From: a virus
Virus record (IMG/VR): IMGVR_UViG_3300027734_000038
Strand: one strand, 5' to 3'
Length of the DNA: 64,000 nucleotides
Part shown: piece after piece, positions 25,458 to 34,769 of the stretch
How positions within the stretch are numbered: position 1 is the first letter of the stretch
Layout of the letters: each line of letters begins with the position of its first letter
Program-made: the position numbers and the translations under genes
Notes under the pieces: generated by a model
Seen by the model: only the letters and a program-made list of their open reading frames with translations
Database searches by the model: none
What the model was told of the DNA's origin: nothing

Positions 25458-26348
25458 ATGAGTTTTGCAAATCTAAAACGCCAATCTGGCAATCTCGATA
25501 AATTATCTAAAGCAATCGAGGCACTCTCCCAAACATCCGAAGGCAGTTCAGAGAAATCTGATAACTTTTGGCGTCCAGAAGTAGACAAAGCAGGTAATGG
25601 CATGGCCACTATCCGTTTTCTTCCAGCATCCGAAAAAGATGGTGAAGATGGTCTACCTTGGGTAAAAATCTTCTCACATGGTTTTCAAGGACCTGGTGGT
25701 TGGTTAATTGATAATTGTTTGACAACAAAGAATCAACAATGTCCTGTGTGTGAACACAACTCTACATTATGGAATTCAGGCATCGAAGCGAACAAAGATG
25801 TAGTTCGTAAACAAAAGCGTAAATTGAATTACATCGCCAATGTGTATATTGTTTCTGACCCTAAGCATCCAGAAAACGAAGGCAAAATCAAACTGTTTAA
25901 GTTTGGTAAGAAAATCTTTGATAAGGTTACTGAAGCCATGAATCCACAGTTTGAAGATGAAACACCAATCAATCCATTTGATTTATGGAAAGGTGCTAAC
26001 TTCAAGTTGAAGATTCGTAAGGTAGAAGGTTATCAGAACTATGATAAGTCTGAGTTTGATTCACCATCTGCATTATCTGATGATGATGGTAAGTTGGAAC
26101 AAATCTGGAAGGATTCTTTCTCACTTAAAGAATTGACTGATGACAAAGAGTTTAAGTCTTATGATGTTTTGAAGCAACGCCTTGACAAGGTACTCGGTTT
26201 GAATGGTGAAGCACCAAAGACAACTGTAGAACAAGTTAAAGCAAAAACCTTTGATGCACCTAAGGCAAAAGCAGAAGATTCACCATTCAAAGAATCATCC
26301 GAAGATGATGATATGGCTTACTTTGCGAAGTTGGCTGAAGAAGATTAA
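25458..26348 (+). CDS. gp32: single-stranded DNA-binding protein gp32
   Basis: DKAGNGMATIRFLP, HGFQGPGGW, CPVC, GANFKLKIRKVEGYQNYDKSEF, acidic tail. Confidence 0.95.
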   Translation: MSFANLKRQSGNLDKLSKAIEALSQTSEGSSEKSDNFWRPEVDKAGNGMATIRFLPASEKDGEDGLPWVKIFSHGFQGPGGWLIDNCLTTKNQQCPVCEHNSTLWNSGIEANKDVVRKQKRKLNYIANVYIVSDPKHPENEGKIKLFKFGKKIFDKVTEAMNPQFEDETPINPFDLWKGANFKLKIRKVEGYQNYDKSEFDSPSALSDDDGKLEQIWKDSFSLKELTDDKEFKSYDVLKQRLDKVLGLNGEAPKTTVEQVKAKTFDAPKAKAEDSPFKESSEDDDMAYFAKLAEED

Positions 26349-26380
26349 ACCATAACTCCTTTCCTTAGAAGTTGGTTTAG

Positions 26381-26403
26381 ACCCACCGAAAGGTGGGTTT
26401 TTT
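26381..26403 (+). terminator. rho-independent terminator
   Basis: ACCCACC-GAAA-GGTGGGT then T run, between convergent genes. Confidence 0.85.
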
Positions 26404-26408
26404 ATTGG

Positions 26409-27680
26409 TTAAACTACTCTGGTGCTGAATAATATCATACTCTGAAATGTCGGTTCTTGATTTCTAACGGATGGCATAGAAATTTTTGTACCAGTCTTAT
26501 CGTAACTCTTGACTGAATTATTATTTACAACAGTAGTAGGATCAGTTTTACTTTGTGGTATACTCAAGTCTAAGTTTTGATTTTGTGCAACATTTAGTGC
26601 TTGACCTGTAGATGAACTCTCAACTGCTGGTGGTTCACCCATAGGAGCACTTGGTGCTGGTGCAGAACTTGGAGATGATGTGATTGGTTCTGGTGTCTTT
26701 ACACCAGAAATTTTTTCGTAAGTATCTCTTTGTTTTTTATAATCTTCAACGGCTTCTAAAGCACCAGGTCCTCGTTTAGCAAAGCCTTGTAGTTGTTGGT
26801 CGTTAAGTTTATCACCTTCATTTTGATATTGCTGAAAATCTTGAATTTCAGCCATCGTTCTTTCATATTCTGGCATCTTCTTGCGTGCTGCAGCTTCATC
26901 TTTAACACCAGCCAAACCACCAACACTTTCAGCTTGTTTTAGTCCCATACTTAACTCTGAATTGGCATCTTCATAACCACTCTTATCAGAGAATAGTTTC
27001 CAAAATAAAACACCTAATGCAACAGAACCTAATATGGCTAATCCCACAGGACTAAATGCAAAGAATTTGGCTACAGTAGCCAATGTTGTAAATGCGGTTT
27101 TAGCTAAAGATAAACCTCCGAATACCGATAACACATCATCTAAAAAATTATTTCTGTTTTCTTCAACTTTTTCAGCTGTTGGCTTTTCTTTAACTCCAAT
27201 AGGTTTACCTGTAATTGCAGCAATCAAAGCCTTATGTTGCCTATCTTTTTCTAATTTGTTTTCTTCAGCAAAAGAATTTTCAGAATCTCTCTGTTTAATC
27301 TTTTCTTCATTTGATTTTTGCATAAACTCATAAATTTTCATTAGAATATCTAATGTTTCATTCTCACCTTCCAGTTTTCCTATTTTTGTTGCTGTGCTGC
27401 CACTATCATCTCTTAATTTTGATCCTGAGAATCGAGCAATATCTTCTTTACTACGACCAAACAATTTGCCTAATGCTGCTGGTGCAAAATTAGATCCACC
27501 AGTTACAAACTTGGCAATATTCAAAGGATCAAATTTCTCTTTGAATCCTTTCATTCTTGCTTGACTTTTTAATGAAATGGTTTTTTTAAGTGATTTACCA
27601 AAACCACCTTCCTGTTCACCTAAAAGAGAACCAAAAGATTTCTTCCTAATTCCTTCAGCCTGTTGATAATTCATATCCAT
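26409..27680 (-). CDS. tape-measure/baseplate-hub-like protein (paralog 2)
   Basis: helical, central hydrophobic segment, TTVVNNN C-terminus; downstream of gp26/gp51. Confidence 0.55.
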   Translation of the reverse strand: MDMNYQQAEGIRKKSFGSLLGEQEGGFGKSLKKTISLKSQARMKGFKEKFDPLNIAKFVTGGSNFAPAALGKLFGRSKEDIARFSGSKLRDDSGSTATKIGKLEGENETLDILMKIYEFMQKSNEEKIKQRDSENSFAEENKLEKDRQHKALIAAITGKPIGVKEKPTAEKVEENRNNFLDDVLSVFGGLSLAKTAFTTLATVAKFFAFSPVGLAILGSVALGVLFWKLFSDKSGYEDANSELSMGLKQAESVGGLAGVKDEAAARKKMPEYERTMAEIQDFQQYQNEGDKLNDQQLQGFAKRGPGALEAVEDYKKQRDTYEKISGVKTPEPITSSPSSAPAPSAPMGEPPAVESSSTGQALNVAQNQNLDLSIPQSKTDPTTVVNNNSVKSYDKTGTKISMPSVRNQEPTFQSMILFSTRVV

Positions 27681-27683
27681 TTT

Positions 27684-29171
27684 TTATCCTTGAACTTTCT
27701 TTTGATATGCACTTTTATCATCACCACTTTGTGGTCTTGGTATTGTTTTGGTTGTTTGTTGTGTATTGGTGTTATTATTAATTATGACTGGAGGTTCACT
27801 ATCATTTGATTTAACTTTTAAATCTTTGTTTTCTTTTGAAACGGAATCAATTTGTGAACCTACATCGACATTAGATAAAGCCTGTAAATCTTGTGATTGA
27901 ATTTGTTCGGCCATTTCAGCACGTTTGATTGCTTTTGAACCATCTGTATCGGCAAAACCTACCGCTTTATTTACTTCGGAAATATTCTCTAATTGCTCAG
28001 GTTTCTTGTTCTTATATTTTAAAAAGAACCAAGGAATAGCCTTTGCAGCAACTGCTGGATCATTTAATAAATCAGGATTACTAACAACATCTATACCAGT
28101 ATATTTTTTAATTGATTCGTATTGGTTTTTGCCTGTATGTTGTAAAAATCCACGACCTCTGTATTTCCATCCGTCACCCGGTTGTGAATTTCCATCTGTC
28201 TTTGCGTAAACATGATTAGCCAAAGCTTCAGGATTCTTAACAAGGGTTTGTGCAAACTCCAATGACGGTATACGATTCTTACCAAAAGTTTTTTGTATAG
28301 CCTCAGGAGTAGAATAGTTTAAATTTTCACTTCTTGGTATAAAATTAGATTCGGCTTGAACCTGAGATAATATGTTGGCCTGTGCCTTACTTGATAATCC
28401 AGCGGCAACCAAAGCAGAAACAACTGTACCAGCACCGCTTGGTAATTTACCTATCTTAGGTGCTTGAGTAACTTTACTTGGTGCTTTTACTGCTGGAGGT
28501 TTTGCAGGTGTTGGTGCTGCAACCTCTGGTGCCTTTTCGACCTTAGGTTTTACTTCTGGTGCTTTTTCTGCTTTAGGTTTTACTTCTGGTGCTTTAGTTG
28601 GTGCTTTTGGTGTTTCTTTAGCTGGTGCTTTGCCTTTACCTGATGGTATTGCAGGTTTTTCTGCTTCAGGTTTCTTTTCTTTAATCTTTTCTTTTTTGGC
28701 AGCTGGTTTTTTTCTACCAGTAAGAGCTCGTATCAGCTGTTCGTTGCGGTCTTTTTCTTCTTTGAATTCTTCTTCTTTTTGATTGCGTTTCAGTTGGTCT
28801 TGTAGTTTTTCATCTTCTGCATTTCGCATCATCATTCTATAAATTAAACCAAGAGCATCCGAAACGGAAGAACTCGCACCACCTTGTTCTATTCCACCAA
28901 GACCGGTGGTTCTTTTTTTTCTGACATCAGCAAATCTTTCCATCGAAGCCTGGTCTCGACCAAATACTTTACCATAAATGGCTGCACCAGTTTTACCACC
29001 AACTGCACGTGCAATATTCATTGGATCAAATTTCTCTTTGATTCCAGTCATTTTAGCTTGTGTTTTTTGAGAGATTGCAGATTTTAAAGATGCGCCAAGG
29101 CCACCTTCTTGTTCACCTAGAAGTGAACCGAAGGACTGTTTACGGATCTTTTCAGCCTTTTCGTAATCCAT
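27684..29171 (-). CDS. tape-measure/hub-like protein with GH19 (chitinase/lysozyme) domain
   Basis: AESNF...ENLNYS, LANHVYA, GDGWKYRGRGFLQHTGKNQY; Pro/Lys/Ala linker. Confidence 0.75.
   Translation of the reverse strand: MDYEKAEKIRKQSFGSLLGEQEGGLGASLKSAISQKTQAKMTGIKEKFDPMNIARAVGGKTGAAIYGKVFGRDQASMERFADVRKKRTTGLGGIEQGGASSSVSDALGLIYRMMMRNAEDEKLQDQLKRNQKEEEFKEEKDRNEQLIRALTGRKKPAAKKEKIKEKKPEAEKPAIPSGKGKAPAKETPKAPTKAPEVKPKAEKAPEVKPKVEKAPEVAAPTPAKPPAVKAPSKVTQAPKIGKLPSGAGTVVSALVAAGLSSKAQANILSQVQAESNFIPRSENLNYSTPEAIQKTFGKNRIPSLEFAQTLVKNPEALANHVYAKTDGNSQPGDGWKYRGRGFLQHTGKNQYESIKKYTGIDVVSNPDLLNDPAVAAKAIPWFFLKYKNKKPEQLENISEVNKAVGFADTDGSKAIKRAEMAEQIQSQDLQALSNVDVGSQIDSVSKENKDLKVKSNDSEPPVIINNNTNTQQTTKTIPRPQSGDDKSAYQKKVQG
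28521..28595 (-). repeat. 30-bp coding tandem repeat (KAPEVKPKxE)
   Basis: about 2.5 copies in linker of GH19-containing protein. Confidence 0.7.
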
Positions 29172-29174
29172 TTA

Positions 29175-29369
29175 CTATTTCTTTTGTCTTTCTCTTATCT
29201 TTTGATTTTCTTCTTCAATATACGAAATCAACAAGGAAATGTAAATGTCCCTTTCCCAAGGTATCATGTTTTCAAGTTCGGTCAAGCTATACTTATGGTG
29301 TTGCATCAACGAAAAATTCGTTTTATAGTAATTCTTTAAATTGTCATGACGAAATGTTAACCGAAAAAA
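29175..29369 (-). CDS. gp51: gp51-like baseplate hub assembly protein (not in ORF track; probably reached by -1 frameshift)
   Basis: FFRLTFRHDNLKNYYKTNFSLMQHHKYSLTELENMIPWERDIYISLL; first ATG only at 29306. Confidence 0.8.
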   Translation of the reverse strand, partial: FFRLTFRHDNLKNYYKTNFSLMQHHKYSLTELENMIPWERDIYISLLISYIEEENQKIRERQKK

Positions 29370-30082
29370 CTTTCAAGTCCTTCTACTTCAATTTTATGTT
29401 GAAAACCACATTTACCACATTTAATATCCAATGTTTCTTTTAACTTTGGTAGTTTATTAAAGAATTCTTCTACTTTAGCAAACTGTTCTTGATTCATACC
29501 TTCAACAAACTCTAACATCTCACCCGGTTGTGCTTCATGACCATAATAGAACTGTTCGCCATCATAAATGTATTCGATACTATTAGCAATCATGTTGAAT
29601 GTAATATCAGTAATATCTTCATACTTTAATGAATCTTGTACCATACCAAACTCAGGATATTTCATTTTGATTGATACGGTGTTAGTTAGTTTAATTTCAG
29701 GATTAACAGAAGGATCAATCTGCACCTTTAGTTCTAACAGATTGATATCTTTTTCCATGATGTTGCCGCACTCTTTATCATCCACCTCATTGTTGCAACG
29801 ATATCGGGATTGTACCGATTCACCCACCGATTTGGCACGAAGATTGATAAAGTAGTATTCTACATCAATGATAGGCAGTTTATCAATATCAACACCTTCT
29901 GTCAAGGTGCAGTTGTAAAGAATATCTCTCACATTCTGTTGAATTGTATTTGATTCATTTGATTCGACTGCCATCAAAAGATTCTTTTGTTCTTTTACAA
30001 GAAAAGGTCTATATTTGATTCTTTTCTTTGATATTGGCAATTCTATTTCATATGTTGGGACGTCTAACTTGGGTAAAGCCAT
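29357..30082 (-). CDS. gp26: baseplate hub assembly protein gp26
   Basis: MALPKLDVPTYE, YRPFLVKEQK, LRAKSVGE, CGKCG, EGLESFF. Confidence 0.88.
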   Translation of the reverse strand: MALPKLDVPTYEIELPISKKRIKYRPFLVKEQKNLLMAVESNESNTIQQNVRDILYNCTLTEGVDIDKLPIIDVEYYFINLRAKSVGESVQSRYRCNNEVDDKECGNIMEKDINLLELKVQIDPSVNPEIKLTNTVSIKMKYPEFGMVQDSLKYEDITDITFNMIANSIEYIYDGEQFYYGHEAQPGEMLEFVEGMNQEQFAKVEEFFNKLPKLKETLDIKCGKCGFQHKIEVEGLESFFG

Positions 30083-30105
30083 TTTATTTTCACTCCATTT
30101 TAAAA

Positions 30106-30771
30106 TTATCTACGGAAAGTAGATGCTACATCATTTATAAGATTATTTACTCCAGTGCCAGCAGCACCAACAGCATTACCACCAAGACCACCAATAATAT
30201 TGTTGACTGCGTTGATACCAGCATCGACCAACTCCATACCAAGTGCTTGTAGAGAATTGTTCTGCCAATAGGTATATGCAAAAGTTACATTGAGTTTATG
30301 GTAACCATCAGACGACCAATCTAAATCCATTTGATTTATCGAAATAGGATAAGCATCATAAAGATTAACAGAATAAGATATTTGATTGGTGACATCATAT
30401 TGATTGACCGTGATGACTGTTGAATAATCACCTTTGTATCGCATATTGTTGTTATATAAAGGATTGATATAGTTTAACCATGCATCAAAGAAAATCTTTT
30501 GTGTCATGTCATCATCAACGATAAATGTCATATCAATATCACCATAGGTGTTTAGATATGGATACTTTTCAATTGGTCCGTATGTTTTTTGTTCAGCTGT
30601 AGCAAATGTTCTACCAGGTAATTGTGCATTTTCACAACGATAGTTAAGAGATTTAGCCGATTTAATGTATGGTATCAATGTCAAAGGAATAGGAATATTC
30701 ACATCAAATTTATGTGGACGAGATAAATCTTTTTGAAAACTGGATTTAAAATCGTTAATATTACCAGCCAT
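30106..30771 (-). CDS. tail-tube-fold protein (gp19/gp54-like)
   Basis: CENAQLPG, FFDAW, LYDAYPISI, LNVTFAYTYW. Confidence 0.7.
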   Translation of the reverse strand: MAGNINDFKSSFQKDLSRPHKFDVNIPIPLTLIPYIKSAKSLNYRCENAQLPGRTFATAEQKTYGPIEKYPYLNTYGDIDMTFIVDDDMTQKIFFDAWLNYINPLYNNNMRYKGDYSTVITVNQYDVTNQISYSVNLYDAYPISINQMDLDWSSDGYHKLNVTFAYTYWQNNSLQALGMELVDAGINAVNNIIGGLGGNAVGAAGTGVNNLINDVASTFRR

Positions 30772-30780
30772 TTTAGTTCC

Positions 30781-31365
30781 TTATCGTATCTGTTCTAGTG
30801 ATTCTTGCCATACTTTAGCAGCGGTAGCTTTCCTAAACTGTTGTATTGGCAAGAATGCCGCTATGTCCCACTCATTTGGCTGCACGGCAAGTATTTTTGA
30901 TTGAACATGGTTCATCAAATACTTTTTAAAGCATGGTTTAAACTCTTTAAACCGTCTGGAGGCGTTTAATATGTCATAGGTCACATTCATACGCTGAATA
31001 TCTTTATTGCCGTCAACCACCGCAAAATCCATCAATTTATCCAAAAAGGCGACTCGATACTGAATTGGTAAATAATGTAGGTTCAGACCAGTAAATCCAT
31101 CTGCCTCAATGTTTAATACCAATACCAAAGGGAATCGGTCATAATATGGTAAATCTGATTTTGTCTTTGGATCATAATAGAAGAAATATAATCCGCCATT
31201 ATAAAAATGATTACCTCTATTCTCCCGAGCAATCGTAGAAGCGATTCCTGTAGGATTACTAAGGTCACCAATCTTTTTGGTCATCCAACGATAAGAGTCA
31301 CGGCTCATCGTTTGAAGTTCCGAAGCAGTTTTTTGTTTTGCGAGTTGTGTTAGTTTAGATGCCAT
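30781..31365 (-). CDS. gp2: DNA end protector protein gp2
   Basis: YFFYYDPKTK, LPYYDRFPLV, GLNLHYLP, PCFKKYL. Confidence 0.9.
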   Translation of the reverse strand: MASKLTQLAKQKTASELQTMSRDSYRWMTKKIGDLSNPTGIASTIARENRGNHFYNGGLYFFYYDPKTKSDLPYYDRFPLVLVLNIEADGFTGLNLHYLPIQYRVAFLDKLMDFAVVDGNKDIQRMNVTYDILNASRRFKEFKPCFKKYLMNHVQSKILAVQPNEWDIAAFLPIQQFRKATAAKVWQESLEQIR

Positions 31366-31376
31366 TTATTATTTAG

Positions 31377-31811
31377 TTACAGTCCTAGATGGTCTTCCGT
31401 AAGAACTTGAAACTCCCACCCACGGTCCAAACAGAACTCGGTGGCTGCTTTCCATTTAGATTGATTGACACCCCAAGTGGCCACCTCTTGAATGTATTGT
31501 TTAGTGATTCGTTTGCGTGGTTCTGGTGGTTGTGATTGTTTCTTTGGTTTGACCTCTATCATCATTGTTTTCAGTTTACCATCTCTGGTTTTCATTTTTA
31601 CAATGAAGTCTGGAAAGTAACGATGCCAACGACCATCAACAGGTGAAAGATAAGGAACAATCAATTCTTCAGATGCCCACGAGATAATACTTGGATTTTT
31701 GTCGAGCCAATTCATCACCTTTGCTTCCCATGATGAGCGGTAGATGATATTGTTATAATCCCCAATGTATTTTTGAGGGTTGGAGGGTGTAAATCGTCCG
31801 GAATACGCCAT
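31377..31811 (-). CDS. gp4: head completion nuclease gp4
   Basis: NPQKYIGD, YRSSWE, WASEE, HRYFPDF, IEVKP, NQSKWKAA. Confidence 0.92.
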   Translation of the reverse strand: MAYSGRFTPSNPQKYIGDYNNIIYRSSWEAKVMNWLDKNPSIISWASEELIVPYLSPVDGRWHRYFPDFIVKMKTRDGKLKTMMIEVKPKKQSQPPEPRKRITKQYIQEVATWGVNQSKWKAATEFCLDRGWEFQVLTEDHLGL

Positions 31812-31850
31812 AAATATATTATTATGTATCTTTCTTTTTAGGACAACCTA

Positions 31851-32780
31851 ATGGCTATCATTTCTATACCAACATCCATCGGTGGTGTATCAATACCAGG
31901 TAATATCATTAATGGTCCCCTTGGAGCATTGTTTGGTAATAAATTTCGTTCAAACAGTTATCAATATCCTAGAGATTTAGGTTCAGCAACAAAAGGTCAT
32001 ATTGTTCAATTTTCAGTTAATGAAATTGACCCCATTACTTATGAAGAAGCCAAAACATTTATTAATAAATCAACATCAATTGAAGGCGTAAAAGAACAAT
32101 TTAATTCCATTAAAAACTTTTTTAGTGGTGATGCACAAAAGACTTTAAATTTCAAACCAAAGAAGAAACGAAAAGTTGCAACCATTTCTCTATATATTCC
32201 CGATACCTTAAATTTTCAATATACTTCTGGTTATGGTAATTTAAGTTTAGTAGAAGTAGCAAATGAAGTGGCTGGTGTTGTATCAAATGTACCAGTAGTA
32301 GGCACTTTAGGTAAAATAGCCAGTCTTGGACTAACAGTTGCACAATCTAATGCAGCCAAACTTGCACTCTCTACACAAGGCCTTGCAATTAATCCACAAC
32401 AACAATTATTATTTGAGGGTATTGATTTTAGAACCTATCAAATGGCATTTACTTTCACACCATATTCACGCCAAGAAGCTGAAACTGTGAAAGAAATTAT
32501 CAAACTGTTCCGTTATCATGCTGCACCACAAATCACAACGGCAGCTGCTGGTATGTTTTTTGTACCACCATCAACATTTGATTTGGACTTTTTGTTTAAT
32601 GGCCAAAGAAACAATAATGTAACAAGAGTTGCAGAAAGCGTCATTGAAAATATTGATGTGAACTATGCACCTAATGGTTGGGCTGCACACGATGATGGTG
32701 CTCCGGTACAAACAACACTAACAATCAATTTTAAAGAAATCGAACTCATCGACAAAGATAAAATTAAGGCAGGATATTAA
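31851..32780 (+). CDS. gp48: baseplate tail-tube cap gp48
   Basis: YPRDL, ISLYIP, NPQQQLLFEGIDFR, VNYAPNG, FKEIELI; CATAAATA at 31809. Confidence 0.8.
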   Translation: MAIISIPTSIGGVSIPGNIINGPLGALFGNKFRSNSYQYPRDLGSATKGHIVQFSVNEIDPITYEEAKTFINKSTSIEGVKEQFNSIKNFFSGDAQKTLNFKPKKKRKVATISLYIPDTLNFQYTSGYGNLSLVEVANEVAGVVSNVPVVGTLGKIASLGLTVAQSNAAKLALSTQGLAINPQQQLLFEGIDFRTYQMAFTFTPYSRQEAETVKEIIKLFRYHAAPQITTAAAGMFFVPPSTFDLDFLFNGQRNNNVTRVAESVIENIDVNYAPNGWAAHDDGAPVQTTLTINFKEIELIDKDKIKAGY

Positions 32781-33379
32781 TGCAATATTTTGATACTTTA
32801 CCAAAAATAATTGAAACCGACAATGTTGGAGTTTCAAGGGTATTCACCAATATTATGGCACGAGCCAGTATTATACCTGATGTATTAAAGAATCCTCTTG
32901 TTTACTACTCATATGATATACAAGAAGGTGATACACCAGAAATCATTGCATACAAATACTATGGTGATTCTTATCGGTATTGGATTGTTCTATTTGCAAA
33001 TGAACTATTAGACCCACAATGGTCATGGCCAATGGATTCTACAGTATTTGATAACTACATGGCAGAAAAATATCCGTCTGGTAATACAACAACTACAGTT
33101 TACAGTTATGAAAAGAAATTAACTCAAACAGATAATTCTACCAATACAGTAACAATTAACACAATTGATGTAAATCAAACAGAATACAATACCATTGTTG
33201 AAAATACACAAACATATTCTATCGGTAATTCTACTGTGACTGTTGCAACCACAAAAAGAATCATTACTATCTATGATTATGAGTATGAGTTAAACGAATC
33301 AAAAAGAAAGATAAACATATTGAACTCGGTCTATGTTGACCAAATGGAATCACAATTTAAATCATTGATGTCACAATAA
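32780..33379 (+). CDS. gp53: baseplate wedge subunit gp53
   Basis: YF..LP, YDIQEGDTPEIIAYKYYGD..RYWIVL, YEYELNESKRKI. Confidence 0.88.
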   Translation: MQYFDTLPKIIETDNVGVSRVFTNIMARASIIPDVLKNPLVYYSYDIQEGDTPEIIAYKYYGDSYRYWIVLFANELLDPQWSWPMDSTVFDNYMAEKYPSGNTTTTVYSYEKKLTQTDNSTNTVTINTIDVNQTEYNTIVENTQTYSIGNSTVTVATTKRIITIYDYEYELNESKRKINILNSVYVDQMESQFKSLMSQ

Positions 33380-33380
33380 T

Positions 33381-34769
33381 ATGGAAAATAATCAACAAGT
33401 TCCAGTAGTTGAATCTCCTGGTGCTTATTACCCTCAAGACTTTTCGATACAGACACTCAATCTGTTGACCGCTAGTGGCCAACGATTTGAGTTAAAGAAA
33501 CTAATGGTTGAACTGTCATATTTTGAGGACATTTACAGTTTTGTTACTTCTGGTTATATTACATTGGTTGATGCACAAGGATTCTTAGAACTCTTTCAGT
33601 TAACCGGTAATGAATATATTGAAATCAACTTTGGTAAAATACGAACAGGTGACAACTCGACCGACCAATTGTTTAGAATCTATAAAACTAGTGATAGAAA
33701 ACCTAGTGGTAACATGAATAGTGAGGTATACACTCTTTACTTCTGTTCTGAAGAATTGTTACTATCGGAACAAACTAAAATCAGTAAATCATATACTGGC
33801 ACAGAAATATCCAAAATCATTGAAAATATTTTGGTTGAAAAATTAAAAGTAAAGAAGAAAAATATACAGGTAATAGAACAGACAATTGGTATGTATGACT
33901 TTGTTCTGCCTCGTTTAAAACCATTTGAAGCTATTAGTTGGTTGTCCACTTATGCAAGGCCAAAGATAACAGGCACAATAGGTGCTGATATGTTATTTTT
34001 TGAAACCAAGAATGGTTTTAATTACAGGTCATTACAGTCCATGTTCAAAGAACCAATTTATAGTACCTATCGATATCAGGCCAAGAACATTGAAGATTCA
34101 ATACAGGACTTTCAAGAAAAGACTATCACAGTATTGGATTATGAATTTGTCAAAACCTATGATGCACTAGAAGATATTAATTCTGGTACATTTGCCAATA
34201 AATTAATTTCAATTGACCCATTGGCAAGAACATATAAAACCATCGAGTTCAATTATAGTGATTATTTTGAAAAGAAAAAAACATCTTCTCTTAATAAAAA
34301 TGATGTATTGGTGCCATTAAAAAATAGATTAGGTAAAACACAAAACGAATCTTATGATTCTCGTATCAAAGTATCAACTTCTAATGCTTCACAGAATCAA
34401 TTACAATATGTTAAAAATATTCCTGGTTCTGTTGCAAAAGATATTGCCGTTGAAAATTATATACCTTTAAGAACAGCACAACTTGGTCTGGCGAATTATA
34501 CTGTAGTTAAGATTACCATACCAGGTGATCCTGGTATTACTGCTGGTCGAACTATTAATTTCAATCTATTGACATTGAAACCTTCAAGCAACAAAAAAGA
34601 GTTGGATAGATACTATTCAGGAACATATTTGGTGAGTGCTGTAAGACATATTATTAGTTCTGGTGGTGCATATCAAACAGTTTTAGAAATTACTAAAGAC
34701 AGTTCACCAACAGCGTATTCACAGATTAATAATAATAGTCCAGAATTTAGGAAAGCGGTAGATGAATAA
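33381..34769 (+). CDS. baseplate hub protein (gp27-like)
   Basis: YFEDIYS, FFETKNGFNYRSL, IPGDPGITAG, SGTYLVSAVRH; between gp53 and gp5. Confidence 0.65.
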   Translation: MENNQQVPVVESPGAYYPQDFSIQTLNLLTASGQRFELKKLMVELSYFEDIYSFVTSGYITLVDAQGFLELFQLTGNEYIEINFGKIRTGDNSTDQLFRIYKTSDRKPSGNMNSEVYTLYFCSEELLLSEQTKISKSYTGTEISKIIENILVEKLKVKKKNIQVIEQTIGMYDFVLPRLKPFEAISWLSTYARPKITGTIGADMLFFETKNGFNYRSLQSMFKEPIYSTYRYQAKNIEDSIQDFQEKTITVLDYEFVKTYDALEDINSGTFANKLISIDPLARTYKTIEFNYSDYFEKKKTSSLNKNDVLVPLKNRLGKTQNESYDSRIKVSTSNASQNQLQYVKNIPGSVAKDIAVENYIPLRTAQLGLANYTVVKITIPGDPGITAGRTINFNLLTLKPSSNKKELDRYYSGTYLVSAVRHIISSGGAYQTVLEITKDSSPTAYSQINNNSPEFRKAVDE

